Assembly: GCA_000493965.1 (NCBI GenBank)
Contig: AWNV01000030.1
Span: 1-36,173, forward strand
Origin: Candidatus Aminicenans sakinawicola JGI OTU-1
GTDB lineage: Bacteria > Acidobacteriota > Aminicenantia > Aminicenantales > Aminicenantaceae
DNA length: 36,173 nt
Direction: 5' to 3'
The notes beneath the pieces are model-generated. The model ran no database searches and was not told where the DNA came from. It was given only the letters and a program-made list of their open reading frames with translations. Below are positions 9,036 through 17,046 of the stretch, one piece after another. Position 1 is the first letter of the stretch, and each line of letters opens with the position of its first letter. A program made the translations under genes and the position numbers.

Positions 9036-10310
9036 ATGGCAAGAAAACGCCTGGGGATTGGGATTGTCGGTGCGGGTTTTATTGCAAAAATTCATATTCG
9101 TTCTTGGGTTGGTGTGCGGGATGCGGATATTTTGGGTATAGTTTCCCGCAAAAAAGAGACGGCGCTAGAGACGGCTGCGCTGGCCAGAAAACTCAATGTT
9201 GGGGAAACCAAAGTATATAGTTCGGTAACAGAAATGGCAGCTGATCCTGCTATCGGTGCAATATGGATATGTGCACCGAACTTTACAAGGCTTGAAAACA
9301 TGGAGGAGATAACTGAGGTCCTTGAAAGGGGGAGGGGGGAATTAATCGGAGTCGCTTGTGAAAAGCCGCTTGGCAGAAATGTGATGGAAGCACGGAAAAT
9401 GCTTGAGCTTGCAAAAAAGGCTCAGCTTCTGGACGGATATCTGGAAAACCAAGTTTTTGCTCCTGCCGTTTTAAAAGGAAAAGAAATTATATGGACACGT
9501 GGTGCGGCAATTGCAGGCCGGCCGTATCTGGCAAGGGCGGCTGAAGAACACAGCGGTCCTCATATGCCGTGGTTTTGGGAAGGAGAGCTTCAAGGAGGCG
9601 GTGTCCTTAATGATATGATGTGCCACTCTGTGGAAGGGGCCAGATTTATGTTAACTCCACCCGGAGCTGACAGGAACATTCTTACACCTGTAAAGATAAC
9701 AGCTTTTGCCGCGTGCTTAAAGTGGCAGCGCCCTCATTATGCAAGAATTCTATCTAATAACAGCAATGGTAAAACAGATTATATAAACAGGCCTGCCGAA
9801 GATTTTGCCCGTGCTATAATTGAATACAATGATGAAAGAGGAGAGAAGATTGTTGTTGAAGCTACTACTTCCTGGTGTTTTGTAGGGGCAGGGCTGCGTT
9901 TAAGCATGGAACTTCTGGGCCCAGAGTATTCTCTTTCAATAGACACGTTGGATTCGGGATTGAAAGTGTTTTTCAGCCGGAAAGTACAGGGAAAGCCAGG
10001 AGAAGACCTGGTGGAAAAACAAAATGCTGAAATAGGACTTATGCCAGTAGTAAGTAACGAGGAAAGTGAATACGGATACATCGAGGAAAACCGCCATATG
10101 GTTAACTCCTTTTTAGAAGGCAGTCGGCCTGAAGAAAATTTTAGCGATGGAGTAAATGTAGCAGAACTTCTTATGACAGCTTATATGAGCGCCGAGCAGG
10201 AGAAGACAATATTATTTCCTCCCCCTGGCCTGGATTCATTTATCCCGGCTGTGTCAAGGGGGAGATGGAATCCAAGATCCAACCCACTCCCTGACCCAGC
10301 TATCAAATGA
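9036..10310 (+). CDS. Gfo/Idh/MocA-family oxidoreductase (cytoplasmic paralog)
   Basis: The Rossmann motif LGIGIVGAGFIAKIHI is present. The stretch CEKPLGRNVMEARKMLELAKKA matches the family's EKP motif. No signal peptide is present. Confidence 0.8.
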   Translation: MARKRLGIGIVGAGFIAKIHIRSWVGVRDADILGIVSRKKETALETAALARKLNVGETKVYSSVTEMAADPAIGAIWICAPNFTRLENMEEITEVLERGRGELIGVACEKPLGRNVMEARKMLELAKKAQLLDGYLENQVFAPAVLKGKEIIWTRGAAIAGRPYLARAAEEHSGPHMPWFWEGELQGGGVLNDMMCHSVEGARFMLTPPGADRNILTPVKITAFAACLKWQRPHYARILSNNSNGKTDYINRPAEDFARAIIEYNDERGEKIVVEATTSWCFVGAGLRLSMELLGPEYSLSIDTLDSGLKVFFSRKVQGKPGEDLVEKQNAEIGLMPVVSNEESEYGYIEENRHMVNSFLEGSRPEENFSDGVNVAELLMTAYMSAEQEKTILFPPPGLDSFIPAVSRGRWNPRSNPLPDPAIK

Positions 10311-10335
10311 AGGACAATCCTAAAAGGAGGAAGGC

Positions 10336-11250
10336 ATGAAAAAGAAGGGATATTTACTATTTGTATTGATGGCAGCTTTAATTGTTTCTTGTACAGAAGA
10401 AACTCAAAAACAAGGCATAAAAAATGAGGGGACACAATCAGCGATAAAGGAACAGACTGCCACCGCGGGATATCAACATGTACGAATAAAGAAATTCCCT
10501 TTTGCAGTGCAGTGCTGGACATTCAGAAAGTTTTCATTTTTTGAGACACTGGAAAAAGTAAAAAGCCTCGGCATAAAATACATCCAGGCCTATCCCGGCC
10601 AGGTGCTTAGTAAGGACATGCCCGGAGTTAAATTTAGCCACGACCTTGATGAAGAACAGATATGGATGGTGAAAAAAAGCCTGAAGGAAAAGGGGCTCGA
10701 GATCGTAGGCTATGGAGTTATAGGATTTGAAAACAACGAGGAAAGCATGCACAGGGTTTTTGATTTCGCAAAAACACTGGGCATAAGAACTATTGTGACC
10801 GAACCTGAATATGATGACTATTCTCTTCTTGATCGGATGGCTCGGGAATATAATATAAATATTGCTGTACACAACCATCCTGTGCCTTCAAAATACGCGC
10901 GTCCTGAGACGGTTCTTGAGCATGTAAAAAGCTGTAGTGAGGGCATTGGGTCATGTGCGGATACCGGGCACTGGATGCGTACAGGGGTAAACCCTGTAGA
11001 AGCCGTTAAACTGCTGAAAGGCCGCATATTAGATGTGCATTTAAAAGACTTGAATGAATTCGGGACCAAGGAAGCCTATGATGTTCCTTTTGGGCAGGGA
11101 AAGGCAAATATTCACGATATCCTTGCAGAGCTGACCCTCCAGAATTATGGTGGCTTCCTTTCAATTGAGTATGAAAACGAGAAGGAAATTGATAATCCTT
11201 CACCATCGATAATTAAAGGAATTGAATATATTAAAAGTATTACTGAATAA
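10336..11250 (+). CDS. Xylose-isomerase-like TIM-barrel sugar-phosphate isomerase/epimerase, exported lipoprotein
   Basis: The signal peptide and lipobox are LMAALIVSC. The metal-binding pattern includes AVHNHP, DTGHW and DVHLKDL. A strong AGGAGG RBS is present. Confidence 0.8.
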   Translation: MKKKGYLLFVLMAALIVSCTEETQKQGIKNEGTQSAIKEQTATAGYQHVRIKKFPFAVQCWTFRKFSFFETLEKVKSLGIKYIQAYPGQVLSKDMPGVKFSHDLDEEQIWMVKKSLKEKGLEIVGYGVIGFENNEESMHRVFDFAKTLGIRTIVTEPEYDDYSLLDRMAREYNINIAVHNHPVPSKYARPETVLEHVKSCSEGIGSCADTGHWMRTGVNPVEAVKLLKGRILDVHLKDLNEFGTKEAYDVPFGQGKANIHDILAELTLQNYGGFLSIEYENEKEIDNPSPSIIKGIEYIKSITE

Positions 11251-11308
11251 GATGAATTTGAGGGGATGGAGGAAGCGACATTGACCCAGCTGTCATCAAT
11301 GAATCCTG

Positions 11309-12286
11309 TTATTTTAGGGGCTGGAAGGGATAAGGCTTTCCTATTACCGATGTCCTTCCATTGGAGTCGATAAGGAGAGCTCCGTATTCTGGATATTTTT
11401 CTATGATCATCTCTGGCTTATTACTAACAAAGAGAGCAGTAGAAAGAGCGTCGCAGAGAAGAGTTTCCGGCCCGATTACTGTTACGCTCTGTTTGCCTTT
11501 AGCAGGATATCCAGTGCTGGGGTTAAAAACATGATGGTAACGAGTCCCTTTTTCAATGAAATATCTCTGATAATCTCCTGTTGTTGCTGTCCCAAGGCCA
11601 GAGACAGCAAGTACACATAAGAATCCCCTTTTTCGTGGATGTTTTACTCCGATCTTCCAGGGTTGATTATCCGGGTTTTGCCCCCAGCAAAACAGGTCCC
11701 CCCCAGCATTAATAAAACCTTTAATGATTCCCATTGCGATTAAGGATTTCGAAGCAAGGTCGATGCCGTAGCCCTTTGCAATCCCGCCCCAGTCAAGCTC
11801 CATTCCTGGGAGGAGAACAAGACTGCCATTCTCTTCTTTTATTTTATCCATTCCGATGTGTTTTAATAGAGCCTTTATCTCATTTGAGGGGGGGACATGA
11901 AGGGAACCATTGAAAAAACCCCATGCTTTGGAAAGAGGGGCTACGGTTATGTCGAAACAGCCGCTTGAGTTTTGATAAACATTTAAAGCTCTTTGGAAAA
12001 GTTCAAGAACAGGCTGGGAGGCATAGTCCCTGATTCCTGGTGAAAAATGGCCTTCGATCTCTGAGAATACGCGCTTAATTTCCTGCTCTGCGGATTTAGA
12101 TGCGGTCTCCGAGCAGAATATCTTTATTTCACAGACAGTATCAAAGAAAAGGAAGGTTGAGGTGTGCCATTTTTCTCCTGTCCTACAGCCTGGTATAAGA
12201 AAAAGAAAAAAGAGAATAAGAATGCAAAGTGTTTTTGCGGAGAGCGAGGAAAACGTGAAATGCTGCCCTATCCGATTAACATACAT
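11309..12286 (-). CDS. apbE: FAD:protein FMN transferase (ApbE/Ftp family) lipoprotein
   Basis: The lipobox is FLIPGC. ApbE-family motifs include FDTVCEI, LDWGGIAKGYGIDLA, INAGGDL, GLGTATTGDYQRYF and HHVFNPSTGYP. It lies at the distal end of the rnf operon, whose RnfG and RnfD subunits need covalent FMN. Confidence 0.85.
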   Translation of the reverse strand: MYVNRIGQHFTFSSLSAKTLCILILFFLFLIPGCRTGEKWHTSTFLFFDTVCEIKIFCSETASKSAEQEIKRVFSEIEGHFSPGIRDYASQPVLELFQRALNVYQNSSGCFDITVAPLSKAWGFFNGSLHVPPSNEIKALLKHIGMDKIKEENGSLVLLPGMELDWGGIAKGYGIDLASKSLIAMGIIKGFINAGGDLFCWGQNPDNQPWKIGVKHPRKRGFLCVLAVSGLGTATTGDYQRYFIEKGTRYHHVFNPSTGYPAKGKQSVTVIGPETLLCDALSTALFVSNKPEMIIEKYPEYGALLIDSNGRTSVIGKPYPFQPLK

Positions 12287-12312
12287 TATAGAGTCGATGA
12301 ACGAGTAGTTCT

Positions 12313-13047
12313 TTAGCCAATGACAGTATCAATAGAATGCCTGCCCTGAACTTCCAAGAGGAAGTGGTTTGGCGCACAGATAATGCGTTCCCCAGCAAAG
12401 GATACAGGAGGAGTATAGAGGCAGATTTTATGACTGCAGGAAGACTCGCTAACCCAGACTTTTCTGTCTTTTACAACAACAGTGATTTTCCCTTTTCTAG
12501 CCGAGAAAGATTTCGACTGGTTCTCTTTTAAAGAGGCCGTTTCTATCCTGCGTCCGTCTTTAAAGATTGAAACGGATTCTCCGTAGAAAAACCGCGCCCG
12601 CCTATCCTTCAATGATGCTATAGTTAAGCAGGAAGATGGGCTGCGGTTTTCATTCATTTCTTTCCAAAGGGAGTAAAGTTTTTTTGATCTTATATCCCAG
12701 ATTTCGCCTTTTCTGACCAGAGTAAAAGAAGGTAGAGCATTTTGTCTCAAACAGCTAAAGGAGATAGCGATGTCCGCCATTGCCGGGCTCTGCATATATG
12801 TCCAACCTTTTTGAGAAAGGATCTGTCTAAGTTCTTTCTCTTGGGGGTGAGAGTTAAGCAGCGTAAAATTCCGGCCTGTGAATATGCCGTACTTTTGCAA
12901 TTCCTCCAGGAGGAAAGAGATAAACAGCTGAGGACTGTCTGCAATAAGATATAGTTCACAGTCGCCTTGCGTCGTTTTTGATGCCAGCAAGAGCGGAGCA
13001 AGTAACGGAGTGGCCAGCATTGTTTTAAAAAAACCTCGTCTATCCAT
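12313..13047 (-). CDS. Hypothetical Tat-signal periplasmic protein with a C-terminal Cys-containing beta domain
   Basis: MDRRGFFKTMLATPLLAPLLLA is a twin-arginine motif. The C-terminus SSCSHKICLYTPPVSFAGERIICAPNHFLLEVQG resembles NusG-domain-II-like (DUF1312-type) folds from memory, unverified. It lies between rseC and apbE. Confidence 0.5.
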   Translation of the reverse strand: MDRRGFFKTMLATPLLAPLLLASKTTQGDCELYLIADSPQLFISFLLEELQKYGIFTGRNFTLLNSHPQEKELRQILSQKGWTYMQSPAMADIAISFSCLRQNALPSFTLVRKGEIWDIRSKKLYSLWKEMNENRSPSSCLTIASLKDRRARFFYGESVSIFKDGRRIETASLKENQSKSFSARKGKITVVVKDRKVWVSESSCSHKICLYTPPVSFAGERIICAPNHFLLEVQGRHSIDTVIG

Positions 13048-13048
13048 T

Positions 13049-13480
13049 TTAATCTCCTTTTTTGGCTATATTGCTTATAACTGGATAAAGATGATCCTTG
13101 TTTTTTCTATTGAAATAAAAAAAGAGACCCATTCCTCCCAAAAAAAGACCGAGAAAGAGGCCAAATATGCTCGCATATGATGAAGATGATTTTAACAAAT
13201 ATGACAGAAAACTTCCAGCGCCCATACCAATTAAAGAAGCAGCGAGAAGGACTCCAAAAAGGAGGATCAGGGCTTTGCTGTAATTCGACTCTGGGACTTC
13301 AATCGTGACTTCATCTCCCGGGCGTGCGTTTAAGGGGTTCATAACAGAAAGAATTCCTTTTGATGTGTTTTGTCCGATACACAGGCTCCTGGCAGGGCAG
13401 CGATGGCAGGCCTTAAGACATTCAATTTCTACTTGAGCCATGCCTTCTTTTGTAGATACAACCAAACCGGTATCATTCAT
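13049..13480 (-). CDS. rseC: RseC/MucC-family membrane protein (SoxR-reducing-system-type accessory)
   Basis: The N-terminal soluble domain carries a Cys cluster (ECLKACHRCPARSLC). Two C-terminal TM helices follow. The length of about 140 aa fits. Its placement directly after rnfB matches the rsx-rseC association in enterobacteria. The start is ambiguous: the ORF track M is at 13489 and the next M at 13480. Confidence 0.65.
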   Translation of the reverse strand: MNDTGLVVSTKEGMAQVEIECLKACHRCPARSLCIGQNTSKGILSVMNPLNARPGDEVTIEVPESNYSKALILLFGVLLAASLIGMGAGSFLSYLLKSSSSYASIFGLFLGLFLGGMGLFFYFNRKNKDHLYPVISNIAKKGD

Positions 13481-14276
13481 TTTTCTCATTGAGGCGGCCG
13501 ATAGCTCCTGTTGGGCATTTTTCGACGGCTTGAATATTTTCGGGTTTAATTTTTTTATAATCTATAATTTTAGCAAGATTGTTTTCCATAACTATTGCTT
13601 CGGGACAAGCGCGTACACATATACCGCATGCAATACAGGAATTTTTACATAATTTTCTTGCGGTAGGGCCTCTATCTAAAGAGCGGCAGAAAACGAAGAT
13701 TTTCTGAGAAATTGGATGCAGCTCAATGATATTCTGTGGGCAGGCATCAACACATTTTCCACAAGCTGTGCATTTGTCTTCTATAACAATCGGGAGCCCT
13801 TCTTCTTCCATGTAAATGGCGTCAAACATGCATGCCTGTACGCAGTCTCCAAAGCCCATGCAGCCATAGGAACACTGTTTGTTCCCCCCAATTAAGTGAG
13901 ATGCGTAACAGGTCCTTATACCGAGGTAGTCCCCTCTGTTTTTTGCAGCTTTCCGTGTGCCGCGGCAGTGCACACGCGCAACTTTCTTGATGACTTCACC
14001 GGCTTGGACTCCCAAAATTTCAGCGATCTTGTTTGCCACTTCTTCTCCGCCCACAGGGCAGCCGTTTACAGGGGCGTTTCCTTTAACAACAGCCTCGGCA
14101 AATGCACGGCAGCCGGAGTATCCGCAAGCTCCACAGTTGGCCTGTGGAAGGGCCTCTGATATCTTCGAGACTTTAGGGTCTTCCTCGACTCTGAGTTTTT
14201 TAAAGGCAAGAGCAAGCCCAACGGAAAAAAGAAATCCCAGGCTTGCCATGGTGATAACAGGTATTAAGAAGTCCAT
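13473..14276 (-). CDS. rnfB: Rnf electron-transport complex subunit B
   Basis: There is an N-terminal TM anchor. A Cys cluster CGACGYSGC is present. Two 4Fe-4S ferredoxin motifs (CTACGKCVDACP and CIACGICVRACP) plus additional Cys ligands follow. Confidence 0.9.
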   Translation of the reverse strand: MDFLIPVITMASLGFLFSVGLALAFKKLRVEEDPKVSKISEALPQANCGACGYSGCRAFAEAVVKGNAPVNGCPVGGEEVANKIAEILGVQAGEVIKKVARVHCRGTRKAAKNRGDYLGIRTCYASHLIGGNKQCSYGCMGFGDCVQACMFDAIYMEEEGLPIVIEDKCTACGKCVDACPQNIIELHPISQKIFVFCRSLDRGPTARKLCKNSCIACGICVRACPEAIVMENNLAKIIDYKKIKPENIQAVEKCPTGAIGRLNEKNE

Positions 14277-14278
14277 TT

Positions 14279-14851
14279 TTATATCATTCCTGAGAAACCG
14301 AGAAAAGCCAGGGCCATTATCCCTGCTACGATTAGTGCGATCCCAGCTCCTTTCAAGGGTTCTGGCACATCCGCCAGGTCAAGCTGTTCTCTGATTCCTG
14401 CCATAAGAACAATGGCCAATGTAAAGCCCAGGCCGGAGCCAACCCCGAAGACTACCGCCTTTGCAAAACTATAATTATTCAGAGCAGAAAGAAGAGCAAG
14501 CCCCATGATAGCGCAGTTTGTTGTTATAAGAGGAAGATAGATTCCAAGGGCCTGGTATAGAGGAAGGCTAATCTTTCGGATAAACATTTCGACAAGCTGT
14601 ACGAGAGAAGCGATAACAAGGATAAAAGATACAATCTGAAGGTAGTCAAGGTTATATGGAATAAGAATCCAGTGGTTGATCATCCATGTGAAAACAGCGG
14701 TAATAGTCATGACGAAAGTGACTGCCAACCCCATGGAGACAGCAGAGTCTATTTTTTTACTCACTCCCAGGAAGGGGCATATTCCAAGAAAATAATGGAG
14801 AATATAATTATTAATAAGAACCGCTGAAATGAAGAGAAGAACAAGTTCCAC
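14279..14851 (-). CDS. rnfA: Rnf complex subunit A
   Basis: This 190-aa polytopic membrane protein begins MELVLLFISAVLINNYIL..., typical of RnfA/NqrE. Its position in the operon fits. Confidence 0.9.
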   Translation of the reverse strand: MELVLLFISAVLINNYILHYFLGICPFLGVSKKIDSAVSMGLAVTFVMTITAVFTWMINHWILIPYNLDYLQIVSFILVIASLVQLVEMFIRKISLPLYQALGIYLPLITTNCAIMGLALLSALNNYSFAKAVVFGVGSGLGFTLAIVLMAGIREQLDLADVPEPLKGAGIALIVAGIMALAFLGFSGMI

Positions 14852-15504
14852 TATACTGTCCTCTTTACTGTCTTCTTTTTTGTTTTGCTTTCAATGAAAA
14901 GCGCTAAAGCAAGCAGGATTCCAAGTGTCATAAAGGCTCCGGGAGGAAGCATCATTATTATCCAGGGTTTGAACCAGGCTCCCATGACTTGGTGCCCCAG
15001 GAAAGTCCCTGCCCCCAGGATTTCTCTTATTGAACTTAATATTAGTAGGGCAATAATAAACCCTGTGCTCATACCAAGTGCGTCTATAAGAGAACGGCTC
15101 ACGGAGTTCTTCGAAGAAAATGCCTCCTGACGGCCTAGGATTATGCAGTTAACAACTATTAAAGGAATATAAGGACCAAGGCTTTTGGAAATAGGGGGAA
15201 AAAAGGCCTGCAGGAACCTGTCGGCCATCGTGACAAAAGTAGCGATAATCACGATGTAACAGGCAATGCGAACCTGACTCGGGATAAGTTTTTTTATGCT
15301 AGCTACTACGACAGAACTGAATATCAGCACAAAGCTTGTTGCAAGCCCCATGGCGATACCATTGATGACAGCATTTGAAACTGCAAGTGTAGGGCACAGG
15401 CCTAGAAGCTGGCGAAAGACTGGGTTCTCCTTCCATAAACCTTTAATGTATTCTTGAGCGATGCTTTTAGTTGGCATCTTTTTCCTCGCTTCCGAACTTA
15501 CCAT
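14851..15504 (-). CDS. rnfE: Rnf complex subunit E
   Basis: The RnfE/NqrD N-terminal signature NPVFRQLLGLCPTLAV is present. It is a polytopic membrane protein. The true start may be the second Met (MPTKS...). Confidence 0.9.
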   Translation of the reverse strand: MVSSEARKKMPTKSIAQEYIKGLWKENPVFRQLLGLCPTLAVSNAVINGIAMGLATSFVLIFSSVVVASIKKLIPSQVRIACYIVIIATFVTMADRFLQAFFPPISKSLGPYIPLIVVNCIILGRQEAFSSKNSVSRSLIDALGMSTGFIIALLILSSIREILGAGTFLGHQVMGAWFKPWIIMMLPPGAFMTLGILLALALFIESKTKKKTVKRTV

Positions 15505-16072
15505 CTTTTTTCAAGCTCCTCAGTTGCTCTAAAGAAAGGTTGACGATTTGCAGCACTTTCTCTGAAGAAATTGTTGCACCGGTGATTGTATTGATTTCAG
15601 CTTGAGAGAGTTCTTCAAGGGAGGTCGCTGCGGGCTTGTGCAGGCTGAGCGAGCCGCTGCTGTCCCTGTTTTCCCAGTAAATGAGGAAAGATTCTTTATC
15701 TGTGATTTTAGCCCCAAGGCCAGGAGTTTCCTTCTGTTCAAGAATGGTCAAACAGTTGATTATTGTAAGAGAAGGGTTTATTCCATACATTAATTCGATT
15801 TTATCCTGAAAGCCTGTTCCAGATGTGTAGATAGCATAACCCAGGAGATTTCCGTTGTTGTCTTTTCCTGTATAGATGATGAAATCTTTTTCTTCATACA
15901 ATTTCTGACTGCTGCTTGTCCCCGGAACCACAGAAACGATAGCATCTTCTATTTGCATTTGTTTGTTTTGTGCTATTCGGTCTTTTGTCAGATGTCCGAC
16001 ACTTACAAGAAATCCACCAGAAATGATTCCGACCGAGGTCAGAACTATAATCATTCTGGAGGAAAGGCTCAT
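15467..16072 (-). CDS. rnfG: Rnf complex subunit G (FMN-binding)
   Basis: A single N-terminal TM helix is present. The motif TGATISS is the conserved flavinylation site of RnfG/NqrC, with the Thr acceptor. Confidence 0.85.
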   Translation of the reverse strand: MSLSSRMIIVLTSVGIISGGFLVSVGHLTKDRIAQNKQMQIEDAIVSVVPGTSSSQKLYEEKDFIIYTGKDNNGNLLGYAIYTSGTGFQDKIELMYGINPSLTIINCLTILEQKETPGLGAKITDKESFLIYWENRDSSGSLSLHKPAATSLEELSQAEINTITGATISSEKVLQIVNLSLEQLRSLKKDGKFGSEEKDAN

Positions 16073-17046
16073 TTTTTCCTCCTTTCTCCCAGAATGCGGG
16101 GTCGAGTAGAGCGGTTAAGAAGCGGAACAAAGATATTCATAAAGAGGATAGAAAACATGATGCCCTCGGGGAAGCCGCCAAAAAGCCGTATCAGTCCGAC
16201 AAGGGCACCGATGCCTAAAGCATAAATCCAGGTGCCGAGTTGGGTAACCGGCGATGTGACCATGTCTGTGGCCATAAAGAAAGCACCTATCAGGAGACCT
16301 CCTGCCAGGACGTGAAACAGAGGAGAGGCATATTTGTCCGGGTTGACAAGCCAAAAAACTCCTGTAAAAACAGTTAAAGTACAAATGATTCCCACAGGTA
16401 CACGCCAGTTTATGGCACGCTTGTAGAGGAGAAAGGCAGCTCCAAGCAGAAGAGCAACGGCTGATGTTTCTCCTAAACAACCACCGATGTTTCCCCAGAA
16501 GAGGTCTTTTAGAGGAGTCAAGGAACCCTGGGCAACCGCATCCTGGAATTTTAAATTTCCGAGGGGAGTAGCAAAGGTTGCTGTGTTGAGTTTTAGTGTG
16601 ACAGGAGGAATCCATGTTGTCATAGCGACAGGAAATGCCGTCTGGAGAAAAGCACGGCCAACCAAGGCAGGGTTAAAGATATTATCCCCCAATCCCCCGA
16701 AGACCTGTTTCCCAAGAGCTATTGCCACAACCGCTCCAATAACAGCCAGCTCTAAAGACAAGGATGGAGGAAGAGTCATGGCCAGGAGCAGCCCGGTGAT
16801 TATTGCAGACCCGTCCCAGAGTGAATTCATAGGTTTCTTTCTTACCCAGAGGAAAAGAGCTTCTGTTGCCAAACATGCAGACACACAAAGTGCAAACAGA
16901 ACTAGTGCTCTAAGCCGGAAGAAACAGAAAGATGCAAACGCCGCTGGCATAAGGCTGATGATAACGACATACATGATTTTTGGAACTGAATCTTTATCTT
17001 TAAAGTGAGGTGATGATTGAAGAATAAATGTTTTATTTGTCATCAT
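16069..17046 (-). CDS. rnfD: Rnf complex subunit D
   Basis: This is a polytopic membrane protein. The RnfD/NqrB-type motif ATDMVTSP is present. Its position between rnfC and rnfG fits. Confidence 0.9.
   Translation of the reverse strand: MMTNKTFILQSSPHFKDKDSVPKIMYVVIISLMPAAFASFCFFRLRALVLFALCVSACLATEALFLWVRKKPMNSLWDGSAIITGLLLAMTLPPSLSLELAVIGAVVAIALGKQVFGGLGDNIFNPALVGRAFLQTAFPVAMTTWIPPVTLKLNTATFATPLGNLKFQDAVAQGSLTPLKDLFWGNIGGCLGETSAVALLLGAAFLLYKRAINWRVPVGIICTLTVFTGVFWLVNPDKYASPLFHVLAGGLLIGAFFMATDMVTSPVTQLGTWIYALGIGALVGLIRLFGGFPEGIMFSILFMNIFVPLLNRSTRPRILGERRKK

Noticed and set aside
16115-17008. ORFs of 166 aa and 173 aa overlapping rnfD in other frames
   Set aside because: They are embedded in a well-supported membrane-protein gene. 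Their Arg/Cys-rich composition is typical of out-of-frame translation of GC-richer coding DNA.
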